This document shows positions 1 through 10,644 of a stretch of DNA of 64,000 bases, piece after piece (position 1 is the stretch's first letter; each line of letters starts with the position of its first letter). The translations under genes and the position numbers were made by a program. The DNA is from Neodothiora populina. Its lineage: Eukaryota. Where the stretch lies: contig NW_027191419.1 of assembly GCF_041146345.1 (NCBI RefSeq), positions 310,001 to 374,000 of the forward strand. Reading direction: 5' to 3'. The notes under the pieces are model-generated. The model ran no database searches and had not been told where the DNA came from. It saw nothing but the letters and a program-made list of their open reading frames with translations.

Positions 1-644
1 GCGATGACGGAAGACGGACGACGGGCGGGGATGACGAAAGAATAGGGTAAGATAAGGTAGGTACCTTACCTTACCTGCCTTGCCTTACTTTACTACAGAA
101 TAAGAAAGTCCTGGCTCTGGCTGCAGCAGTATGCCTCTGTACAGTAAAGTCGGTGAAGACAGGAGTACTGCTTCCATAGATAAAGTTGCAGGTGTGGATC
201 AGGACTAGTTATCACTACTACTTGTATCACTAGATGCCCTGTACTGTGAGTGCCTCGCGCAATATACAGTAAAGTAGCACAGACTCGTCGCCTTGTCGCT
301 GGATGCTCCGTACCTTGCACTTATCCGCCGTACTCGCTATTATTCCCCCTCATTCCATTATTGTTCCTGGTTCAATTTCACAATTGACTGTCGCGCGATC
401 CAGGTCCAACCAGGTACAAGTACTGTTACAACAACAATAACACCTCAAGTCCGCATAATCCATTTGAACACCGCTTTGGACATTTGATCGCCCACACGTT
501 CATCGGAGATCAGAGACAAAGACCAACAGGCACAGAGGGATAGGCGCCCCTTCCCCACCCGTCCATTGCGCCGCCATCCCTCAAGTCTCCCTCATCCTTT
601 GATATCTCCATCTTTCGTCACAGTGCTGTCCGACTCTCCCTTCC

Positions 645-3455
645 ATGGGTCCGCGAAACAAGAAGCACAAGCCAAACCACCCGGCATCAGCAGGTCAAGA
701 CCATGATCAAGTCCAATCACATGAGAACGCCGTCGCTGCCCCGCCCGCCAAGCCAGAAGAAGATGCGGCTCCGGATGATGACACTCAGTCCCAAAAGCCA
801 GAGCGACGGTCCAGCAGGGCGAGTTGGTATAACAAATCAGGTTCATGGCGTGCCAAAGCATCTCCCGTAGCCCAAGCGACGCGCGAGAGCATCTCGGTTG
901 CCGGTGGAGCGACTTCAGAGGCTCTGGCTGAAGGATCCGCCCAGGTCGCCAGATACATGCACAACACGCTCAAACGCAGCAGCAAATCCATCCCGAGTCT
1001 GCCTTCTGAGTCAAGGGTCAACGTGACAGGCATTCCTTCGGATCTCGACAGACCCAGATCCAGAGAAGCCAAAGAGGAGACCAAGGAGATAAAGGAGGAC
1101 GACGTGCCGGATATGAAGGTCAGAGAGGGAGGAACGACGACAACGACCGAAGATGATTCTCGACCGCCAGACGACGCCCCTCTGCCGCCTGATCCCATCA
1201 AGGACACTGCATCACAACCCGACTCCACCCAGACTCAACTGACCTCTTCGCAAAGAGGCTGGTGGGGCTGGTGGTCAAGACCTGACGGATACAACACACA
1301 GCCCGAGAAGGCCGACGACAGCAACAAAAAGCCAGACCATCCCGACCAGAACGAGACCAGCAACACTCCATTACCCACATCGCCTGCTCAGGAAAATCCC
1401 CCTGCAGAAGAAAACGCCGCCACTCCAGCCCTCCCTATTGCCGACCCGCCCAATGCACCCGTCGTAGCAGCCAACAAAGACTTAGGCTATGGCTCAACCA
1501 GATCGTGGTTTGGTCTCTGGAGTAAAGCGCAAAACACACAGCAGAGGCACGATGAATCGTCTACTCTCCCACAACCCTCACCACCAGAGAACACTGTCTC
1601 TCCGGAGCCCACGCCGCCACAAGCAGTCGAGAGTACGATCCCAGGAACGCATGAGCCAGAGCACCCTGCTCCCTCGCCACCCACAAAGTCGGCAGCAGGA
1701 TGGGCCTTTTGGTCAAGAGAGCAAAAGCCAGGGAACAGTTCGACGCCGAACGGCACTCAGACACAGCGACAGATTGGAGAGTTGGCCGTAGCAGACACTC
1801 CCTCACAGTCTCATCCCGAGGCTGCCCAGTTCAATCAAGAGCGCGAACAGAAATCAAAGGCCAAACGCATCGCCCGCTCCGCTTCTCTCAAGACTCCCAA
1901 GAACGCCACATTTTCTGCCAGCCCAAACATTGCTTCAGCTCCTGATACGCCGACGACGGCCAGCCCAGCCCAGACCCGCGCCAACACTCCGGAGCCTGGC
2001 ACTGGCAAGACGAACGATGCCTCCAAGAGCACCTCCGCTGTCAAGGCCACGAAACCTTCAGATCGACCGGCCAATATGGTATTGCCCGCGTTCCGCGATA
2101 CCTATACCATGGCTCAAGTTCCCTCATATTGGGAACGCGCGACACAATATGTCGCCTCTTCGCTAAGAATCATAGACGCTCCTGTCTCCAAGAACCACGT
2201 CGCCATCTCTCCGACCCTTCCCAAGATCAAGAACGCTGTTGCCATTGGCGTCCATGGCTACTTTCCTGCGCCGTTGATTCAGAAAGTGCTTGGTCCGCCC
2301 ACTGGTACATCCATCCGTTTCGCGAACCACGCCTCTGCTGCTATTCGAGCATGGGCCGAGAAGAACCAACCGGACATCGACTGCGAGATCGAGACTGTCG
2401 CTCTCGAAGGCGAAGGTTTTATCGCTGATCGTGTCAACACCCTCTGGAAGCTTCTCCTGAATTGGCTATCGCACTTGCGGACCGCAGACTTGATCTTTGT
2501 TGCATGCCACAGTCAAGGTGTGCCCGTCGCCGTCATGCTCGTCAGTAAGCTCATACAGCTGGGCTGCCTGAGCCCGCATGCCAAGATCAGCATCTGTGCC
2601 ATGGCAGGAGTGAATCTGGGTCCATTCGCTGATTACAAGAGCCGCTTGCTAGGCGCAGGCTCCGCCGCCGAGCTTTTCGACTTCAGCCGACCTGCAAGCA
2701 AGGTCAGCATGGAATATGCAACGGCGCTGGATGTGGTCCTGCGTCATAACGTGCGCATCACTTACGCAGGAAGCATCGACGACCAGCTCGTGTCTCTCGA
2801 GTCTTCTACCTTTAGCACTCTCACCCACCCATATGTCTACCGCTGCGTTTTCGTGGATGGACGCGTGCACGCACCTGACTTCATCACTCATCTCGTCGCT
2901 TTTGCGCTGAAGCTCCGCAACCTAGGCATCTCCGATCACGGTCTGATCCGCGAGCTCTCGCTGCCGCTAGCAGGCTCACTCTATGGCGGACAAGGCCACA
3001 GCACCGTCTACGATGATCCGGCAGTCTACGACCTCGCCCTCGAGTTTTGTCTCGAAACCACCGACGTCGTCCCTGGAAACAGCAACAACACCATGACGGA
3101 ATCCGAACAGCAAGCTAGGCATGAAGCCGCTCTGCGCCGCAGCAGCCGTGGTGGACCTCCTTCTTCAATCGATGCCGCCAACGCCCTGCGCAGGGGCAGC
3201 ATTTCTAATTCGTCACTAGCCACGACCGGCATTCCTCCCGTGCTCGCACCGTTCGAGTTACCAGCCAGCGGCAGCAACGCAAACCCGTACTTTCTGCCCT
3301 GGGCTCTGCGAGGAATACTGGAAGAGGATGTGGTGAAGAAGGACATGGGCGACGAAGTGCGCGAGATCGTCGGCGAGTTCGAAGAGTGGCGACCTGTGAG
3401 TAAGGTGTTGAAGGACGTCCGCTTCAGACTGGAGGGGGTGAGGAGTAAATTGTGA
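645..3455 (+). CDS. YML020W-like conserved fungal protein; disordered N-terminus, C-terminal alpha/beta-hydrolase-like domain
   Basis: Single 936-aa ORF; motifs AIGVHGYFP, GPPTGTSIRFA, ACHSQG, GSIDDQLV, NPYFLPWALRG recognised as the yeast YML020W family. Confidence 0.8.
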   Translation: MGPRNKKHKPNHPASAGQDHDQVQSHENAVAAPPAKPEEDAAPDDDTQSQKPERRSSRASWYNKSGSWRAKASPVAQATRESISVAGGATSEALAEGSAQVARYMHNTLKRSSKSIPSLPSESRVNVTGIPSDLDRPRSREAKEETKEIKEDDVPDMKVREGGTTTTTEDDSRPPDDAPLPPDPIKDTASQPDSTQTQLTSSQRGWWGWWSRPDGYNTQPEKADDSNKKPDHPDQNETSNTPLPTSPAQENPPAEENAATPALPIADPPNAPVVAANKDLGYGSTRSWFGLWSKAQNTQQRHDESSTLPQPSPPENTVSPEPTPPQAVESTIPGTHEPEHPAPSPPTKSAAGWAFWSREQKPGNSSTPNGTQTQRQIGELAVADTPSQSHPEAAQFNQEREQKSKAKRIARSASLKTPKNATFSASPNIASAPDTPTTASPAQTRANTPEPGTGKTNDASKSTSAVKATKPSDRPANMVLPAFRDTYTMAQVPSYWERATQYVASSLRIIDAPVSKNHVAISPTLPKIKNAVAIGVHGYFPAPLIQKVLGPPTGTSIRFANHASAAIRAWAEKNQPDIDCEIETVALEGEGFIADRVNTLWKLLLNWLSHLRTADLIFVACHSQGVPVAVMLVSKLIQLGCLSPHAKISICAMAGVNLGPFADYKSRLLGAGSAAELFDFSRPASKVSMEYATALDVVLRHNVRITYAGSIDDQLVSLESSTFSTLTHPYVYRCVFVDGRVHAPDFITHLVAFALKLRNLGISDHGLIRELSLPLAGSLYGGQGHSTVYDDPAVYDLALEFCLETTDVVPGNSNNTMTESEQQARHEAALRRSSRGGPPSSIDAANALRRGSISNSSLATTGIPPVLAPFELPASGSNANPYFLPWALRGILEEDVVKKDMGDEVREIVGEFEEWRPVSKVLKDVRFRLEGVRSKL

Positions 3456-4048
3456 GAGCCTTCCTCTCCTGCTCGTGGCATTGTTATCAGCTTCCTCTCC
3501 GGTCGTCGTTTCTTTCTATTGCATTATACATATACCACTACGAGTGCGCATTCGAGGGACATTTCTAGCGTGGCGTTCTGAGCGAGCAAAGCGACCTATA
3601 TGACCATGAATCCTGGATTTTCTTCTTCTTCTTTTCTTACCTTCTTTGCTCGGCGTTTACTCATTGATGCGCGTCTCGGGGCTTGTATGTATTATTTTCT
3701 ACTGCTCATGTAGAGGGAGGGTGGGACCAGAGGCGTTTGGGCTTGAATGGAAGGGAGAGAGGGAAAGCGGAAGAGGATGCCTTCCCGTAGATGGTCCGAC
3801 ACTTAGTCTAATGTTATATATATATAGAGATATTGAAATTTCACAATCGATGGATTGATGGAGAAGACTTCCTCGGACAGGGGTCTAAGAAGCTTGATCG
3901 ATTCTCTTTATTTTTATAGCGGTTTTTCTTTTTTCCTGTTGGTAGTTCTCAGTTCGTTTCAAAGTGGATTGCTCGCCGCCATTTTTCCATATAACTTTGA
4001 TTTGTCACAAAAAGGAAAACCTCGGTGTGATGTTTGCACAAGTCATCA

Positions 4049-4634
4049 TTATTCGGCATCATAGAAGATCTCCCTGCATCTATGCGTCGCCTGCACCACA
4101 GCTTCATATGCCGAGAAATCTATGACATCCGTCAGATCTCATTCTTCTCATCCAAGTCTTGCATATCTTGTGGGAAAAAGGAGACAAGAGACAGAGGGCA
4201 GGAAGAGGGAAGAAACATACCGATACCGGTGCCGAAATCCGTAGACACCAAGACACGGACGGACAGGTCCCCTTGCACTTTACCGATGATTTCCACCGCG
4301 TGGTCCATGGTCAGGTGTGCTTCCTGACGATCGCTGCATCAGTAACTTCTTCTCTGCTGTTGCTGGATCCAAATTTGATATAGGGACAATAACAACATCA
4401 AGACCAGGCCGAAGTGGCGAGCCTGAGGTCCAGCGCACGAACGACCAGGAAAAAGGGCAAAGAACAAAAAGGAAAAAGAGAACACACCCGGTTCAAGTGA
4501 CAAGTGACCTGGCCCGCGCAATCGATTGTCGCCGTCTCGCCTCTCAGCTGCGTCACTTTGCCTAGTATGCGCACTGTCTTGTGCGAGAACTGCTGGAGGT
4601 GCTCTGCTGTTATGCGGGGGGTGGCTTCGGACAT
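4049..4634 (-). CDS. RFA3: Replication protein A 14-kDa subunit (RPA3/Ssb3)
   Basis: Exons 4634-4488, 4323-4221, 4119-4049 splice to MSEATPRITAEHLQQFSHKTVRILGKV...EAHLTMDHAVEIIGKVQGDLSVRV...EAVVQATHRCREIFYDAE*, an OB-fold RPA3 pattern; GT-AG introns with CTGAY branch sites. Confidence 0.9.
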
Positions 4635-4805
4635 TTTTTTTTCTTTTTCTTTTTCTTTGCTTTCGTCCTTGTGGGTGAGCTTTAGTGAGTTTGTAGAGCG
4701 GGCGTCGAAGGGAGAGAGCTAGGGCGTTTGTTATTGGATTTGTGGACTGAGTAATATGGATTTCTTGAAGCAGGTAGGTAAGGCAGGCAGGCGAGTGTGA
4801 GGAAG

Positions 4806-4844
4806 ACGCGATAGAGGCGCGTTCTCGCCGCGGATGACGCGCGT
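4806..4844. promoter_or_regulatory. Cluster of MCB-like (ACGCG/CGCG) elements upstream of RPA3
   Basis: CGCG cores at 4807, 4818, 4829 and 4838/4840 (ACGCGCGT), about 170-210 bp upstream of a DNA-replication gene. Confidence 0.6.
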
Positions 4845-5727
4845 GGGGAACGTGATCACTTTGGGATTGTAGGTACAGATACCCCGTACTCGATCTATAA
4901 TAGGCACGTTTCACGACGCTGTCTGTGAGTTGTGCACTGCGTGTTCGTGTACTTGTATCTGTCATCAGGGAGCGAGTAATACAGAGGGAACGGTATAATC
5001 ATTCCACTTAGCCCCTTTGACTGACTAAGGTACCTTATATTGCTTGTGTGCTGATGACTGAAACCGAATATGCTTTGTGCTCCCTTGTTGCAGGTACAGT
5101 AAGGTAGTGGTCAGTATTAGCAGTCGGCCCAGGACTGGCTGGACTCGGGACAGTCCAGATGTCAGCGCACCCGACGCCCTGCCTTGCCCGCCGTGGCGTA
5201 GCGTAGCGCACCTTAGCCTTAGCGTAGTAATCGTTGTTGTCTCGCTTTCCTCCCCTCCTGTCACTTGACTACTGCCACACCTTTGTCTAACATACTGTAA
5301 GTTTAATTTCCCCTCCCCCCAACCAAATTATCCTCAGTCCTGCTTTGTATGATATAGCAAACCATCTTGCGTGTAGAGAGATGCAGTGCAGTCCTGCTCT
5401 GCTCGAAATTGTAAGTGCCATCTTCACCGTCCATGATTCTCAGAACGAGTAAGAGTCGGCAGGGTTGGGCAAACGTCATAAGTCCGGGTTGATCACTTGC
5501 TATTATTACCTTATACCACGATCCTGCCCGCCCAGTCCCTAGATGCAAAGGGCAAACACCAGGAAACCCGCCAAGTCCATTGCATGTGCCTCACTGACAC
5601 AAAGACGTCTCTCGTAGCACGCTCTCCAGTCCTTGTACGCATGACATAGCAAACACGTCGAGGTAGCGTCTGCTTGGATGTTACAAAATTGATATAACAA
5701 CACCACCCCAGCATCTGTTGATACAAC

Positions 5728-8471
5728 ATGGCATCGTCGACGATGACTTCGACCATCTTTCTGCGGGGAGCCCCCGACGCTGGCGAGGACGTGCGAGTCC
5801 AGTCTTCTTGGTCAAAGCGACCGGCCATCCTGGTCAACCTCAACGAACATGTATTGTTGCAGCTGCAGCAATGCTGCCAGCAGGGCAAAGTTGTGCAGTT
5901 TTTGGGCGGAGTAGCACCGGTAGGGCGTTCTGGCATGCCACCATGACATGGGGCCAGTGTTGTTCTGATTCTGTGGCAGAAACTACGTTATGGCAGCAAG
6001 ACCTTGAATCTCAACGTCAGGCCTGAAACCTTCCGCCACGAGATCTACGAGGCCAACAAGGCCAGGACCGGCAGTCTCGACTTCAGCACTCTGGTATCGT
6101 ACGAGGCACATGTCAAACCGACAGAGCAGAAGAGTGAAAGCAGTGCCGCCGGTGCTGACGCCGCATTGGCCGCCTTGAAAGAGTCGCTGGCCTCGATGGC
6201 CCAACAGAAGGAAGCGAGAAAGTGCGTACATGACCCCAGCCTCTTCGCTTTGCTTGTCATTGTCGTCTTGCCCTATTGTCCGCGCTTGCATGGTTCTGAC
6301 ACTTTGAACAGAGTCACGATAAGTAACTCAGTCATTCCAAACACCAAGAACGGCAGCCTCCAGTCCCATCGTCACTCCAGTTCTCTACTGCAGCGCCCTT
6401 CATTCAATTCGTCAAGCTCGACACCGAGATCAGTCGCTGCTCCAACGTCGGCACCCCAGACCGACTCGCAGAACGCCGCTGTCGAAAAGGGCATGCGCAC
6501 CGCCCTCATTCACCTTCTCGCCACTGCTCCGACCACCGAACGAGAGCTTCACTCGAAGACTCGTGTCCCGACGCCACAACTGTCATCCATCCTTCCCAAG
6601 ATTGCCGAAAAGACCGGTTCTCAGTGGGAATTGAGCAGCAAGTCGTTCAAAGAGCTTGATCCTTGGACCTTCAGATATCCGAGCGAGAAACAGAGACAAG
6701 CTGCCATCGACAACGCAATCCGCGCTTTCGATCGAATCAGGGTACCAAAAGACGACCGACTCTGGCAGACTCTGTTGCCGAAAGAAGACCGTGGAACCGG
6801 CAAAGTCCTATCCAGGCTTCACCTGGGCGTCGAGCGCCGCGAACAGACTGGGACACCCGCACTATCACCACTTCCCGCTCAAAACACCATGGAAGGAACA
6901 GAAACAGAGACAGCGACACCTAAGCTCGGACCTGCGTCGACTCGTCGAAATGGCGCAGTCGCAACCGGCCGGTCTGCCGCAGGCATCTCCATCGAAAAGC
7001 GCTTGAGGGAAGCAACCAAGAAGCAAGTACAGGACAAGAAAAAGAAGGACAAGGACAAAGAGGCGGTCACGAGTGACAGAGAATCAAAACCGAGAGTGAC
7101 CAAGCCTAGACCAACAGTGACCAAGAGGGTCGTCGCTCCGAAAAGAGTCTCGGAGAAGATCAAGTCAGCCGAGCTTGTGCACGACTCTGACGAGGATGAA
7201 GAAGGAGAAATCACCGACAGCAAACCAGCCAGGAAGCACGAGACACCACTTGCCGACTCCCACAGACTGGGAACCAGGCCAAAGACAAGCACGATGCCGG
7301 GGAAGGGGGGCTGGACCCCAAACGCACGGTGTCGGCTCAACAGGGAACCAAGGCTCCTGCAGCAGTGATCAAAAGGGTGGCCGACGACAGCACACCGTCC
7401 CAACGGGAGAAGAAAATCGAGAGCGGCGCGACCGTCAAGAGGAACGGCACTTCAGGAGGCAGTGCTGCCACCAGTGTGAAAGCCAAGCCCGGTGCAGCAG
7501 CATCAAAGTCTGCCTCGGAGGAGCAGCCTGGCAAGGGTTCCAATTCTTCGTCGTCTTCTAGCGAACGCCAGTCCAGCCCGAAGAAGGACACGAAACCCAA
7601 GGTTCCATCCCCGCTGGGTACCTGGAAGCCACGCACGGCTTCCGAGGAGACGGACAAGACGAACAAGCCTGGACCCCCGGCGAAAGCAGCAAAAGCACCC
7701 GCCTCTTCCTCTGTGTCTGCCAAGAGTGATAGCATGAAAAAGGCCAGAGCAGACCTCTTTGGCGGAGCCACCGGACGTCAAGCGCCTGTGATCAAGAAAC
7801 GTACTCTGGAGTACGCAGATGGCGACACCCCCCGCAAGGCTGTCAAGCCCAATAACACCAGCAACACCACCAATAGCAAAGCTACGACAGGAAACTCTAC
7901 CAAGCCGGCGTCCAAGACTTCACCAGCTGCTCGTTCTGGTCCAGAGCTCAAAGGCAAGCGCCCGCCAGCCTCATCGACACCCGCTGTAGACAGAACGGAT
8001 GCAAAGCTAAAGCGCAAAGCCAACGACATGTCGTCTGACATGCACAACCACGACGTTCCGCTCTCGAAGCACCGCAAGACAGACTCATCATCCACACATT
8101 CCCTGGATCCCACAAGTTCCTCGCTGACATCCCTAACCACGGCACCAACCGCCTCACCCGGCTCGGCATCCCCAACATCTCCCGCGCAACGAGCGTCTCC
8201 ATCGTCGCAAGACACCAGCAACGCGACAGAGGTGATCCAGATGTTTCTCAACGACTCCGAGGCGTCGCCCAAGACCCAATCGACTTGGGAGGCAGCTCTC
8301 GACAAGGCAGCCAAGTTCCGCACGCAGCTGTACCCGGCGTATCTAGAGCTATACGACCGACTGGAGAACATGGCGCCGGAAGACGTGGCCGAGGAGGATC
8401 GTAGAAGGCTGTTTATGATGCACAGCAAGCTCAAGGCTTTCAAGAAGAACATTTACGATGCGGTGGGTTGA
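5728..8471 (+). CDS. RNA polymerase II elongation factor ELL-like protein, with an apparent frameshift at ~7200-7368
   Basis: Exon 1 5728-5919, introns 5920-5979 and 6222-6311; central IHLLA...FKELDPWTFRYPSEKQRQAAIDNAIRAFDR block and C-terminal occludin/ELL-like helix (KFRTQLYPAYLELYDRL...MHSKLKAFKKNI); coding continues in another frame to 8471. Confidence 0.7.
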
Positions 8472-9172
8472 AGAAGAAGATGAACGAAAAGAAAGACCCC
8501 CGACAGGACATTGCATGATTTTTCCACAAATATGCATGTGCGTGGAGGAAGGAGTTCTGGGCGGCGTTTCCTGGAATTAATGGATGGATGGATGGCACAT
8601 GAAAAATGGCGAATGGTTCTACTTCTTTTTTCCTTTTCATCTCCTCCAAGTTGTAGTAATCAGTCGGATAGTCGAAGAAGACCATAACAACGAAATTAAT
8701 GAAATCATCACTTTTTTTTTAAGAACACACTCGTTTTGCCACCCCCCTTTTCATGAGGTGAAACGTGATGCATGCATCATGCGACCCGTAATTTTCTCTC
8801 AGTGACTAATGAAAAAAGTAATGGCATAGCTCAATAAGTGTGATATCTACCATTTCTTGTGCAGGCTTGCTCCGGTGTGTTGAATTTCACGCAAGGTATG
8901 AAAGTTCAGTAGTTATCAACAGGGTATTTACTTACCTTCCCCTACCTCACATTTGCTTCTTTCCTGTTCCTGTTCCTGATCCTGTTCCTGACTAACAGCG
9001 AGCGAGGTAGGCAGGACAGTAGGTAGGAAGGTAGAACGGTAGTGCTTTCATGCGGAAATCTTGTAGACAAGACACATCACATCACTTTTTTGAATAAGTG
9101 GTAGATGCATATACACAGTAAGTACACTGGACTCCATGGGATCCTGTAATTTGTGGACGATCAGCGAGTGAT

Positions 9173-9217
9173 GCAGAATTGCAGGATTGCAGAATTGCAG
9201 AATTTCAGGATTTCAGG
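9173..9217. repeat. 8-bp tandem minisatellite, (G/T)CAG(A/G)ATT x ~6
   Basis: gcagaatt gcaggatt gcagaatt gcagaatt tcaggatt tcagg seen directly. Confidence 0.8.
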
Positions 9218-9487
9218 AAATGAATGAGAAATGGGAGACGAGAGAGGCTTCCGCTTGCTTTGCTGTGACCAGGAAATATAAAAAGTGAAGGTTCCTTTTT
9301 GGGAAGATTGCTAGAAACCATTGGTTTTCTCATAGGAGCAGGCAGGCTGTAGATGCAAAAAGCGATGGGAAAGAGATATGCTGTAGTTGTGTTTTTGCAG
9401 AAATATATACATGCACTCAACTGTGCGAAAGAAAGAAAGAAAATGAGAAATATGGACAGACAGCTGGTGATGAGCGAGGCCCTGCCC

Positions 9488-9602
9488 CTCTCTCTTCTCT
9501 CTCTCTTCTCTCTCTCTTCTCTCTCTCCTTTCTCTCTCCTCTCCTTTCGTCAGAGACTCCGTATTCCAGTTCATAGAGACTAGGTGATAGGAGCTTGCTT
9601 TT

Positions 9603-9637
<35 letters not shown>
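9488..9637. repeat. CT-rich tract and (CT)n microsatellite between convergent genes
   Basis: Imperfect CT tract ~9488-9545 and perfect (CT)n ~9606-9637. Confidence 0.9.
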
Positions 9638-9641
<4 letters not shown>

Positions 9642-10644
9642 GTTCATCATAGCCCAACTAGCCCACAACTTGGTCGGACTCTCACCCAGCGGACTCGTAT
9701 TATCCGCGCTGCCATAATAGAACCCATTGCCGCCTCCACCACTACTATAACCTGACTCATCGTGAGCCTTGCCGTTTGCGCGAGGGATGTTCACAGCGAG
9801 GGGTAGCGAGGCGGCAGGAGCAGGAGGGGGCGCGGGGACCAGCTCTTCGCTCGCGAGACCGAAGCGTAGGCCCTGCGAGGCTGGGTGGGATGCGAGATGG
9901 TGGAGTAGCGCTTCGTGGGCGGCGCTGTCGAGGGGTGATAGGGTCATTGAGGAGTCGAGACAGAAGAATGGTGAGGGGTGGAGGGGGGCGCGTCGGAGGA
10001 GGGGCACGGTGGTGCGCGCGAGAGTGTGCAGAGTGGAGACGTTCTTCTGTGATTGCAGAGGTTAATGCGTGGGAGCAGGAAGCGAGTAGGTGGTTTCTAC
10101 ATACCCGCCATGAGTCCTCGAGCTCCGCCTCGTCATAGTCTATTATGTCGCGAGGGGTCTTGGGGAGCGCATTCTCGCCTTCCGAGACTGCGGTCGTCTT
10201 GTGATGCTGGCAGCAGAGCACACCGCACAGAGTTTTGCTCTCCAGCATGCGCGCTGCGTCGGCCAGCTCTGCAGGCACCATGGGAGCATTGATCTTGGTC
10301 GGCGACACGAGTATGTCCTGTCGCAGCCTCCCCGCCGCCGTGTACACGTCCATTCTCGTGACTTTTAGTGCTTCGTCATTGGTGGCTATTATCGACACTT
10401 CGCTGATCGAGTAGCGGCTGAGGATGGTGGACAGATACAGGTGCATGTCCTGCGAGGGCAGATCGGACATGTAGATCAGAAGAGTGTTGGTATGGGACTG
10501 CAGAGAAGCAGGCGGTGGCGGAGGAGGCGGTCTGCGGCCCGGTGACTGTGGCGGCCGTGGCAACGTATCCTTGCTGCTGCTGTTGGTTTCATTGCGGTAG
10601 TTGAGATATGTCGGAGGGTTTTGTCGGTCTGTCATGCTTGCCAT
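9636..10644 (-). CDS. Hypothetical protein, two exons
   Basis: ATG 10644; intron 10104-10047 (GTATGT...CACAG) joins the two overlapping ORF-track frames in phase (...LEDSWR|KNVSTLHTLARTTVPLL...ESPTKLWASWAMMNE*). Confidence 0.7.

Noticed and set aside
8930..8937. ACTTACCT (also at 37241 and ~46187) as the 5' end of U1 snRNA
   Set aside because: No downstream U1 stem-loops or Sm site; part of the common TACCT intergenic motif
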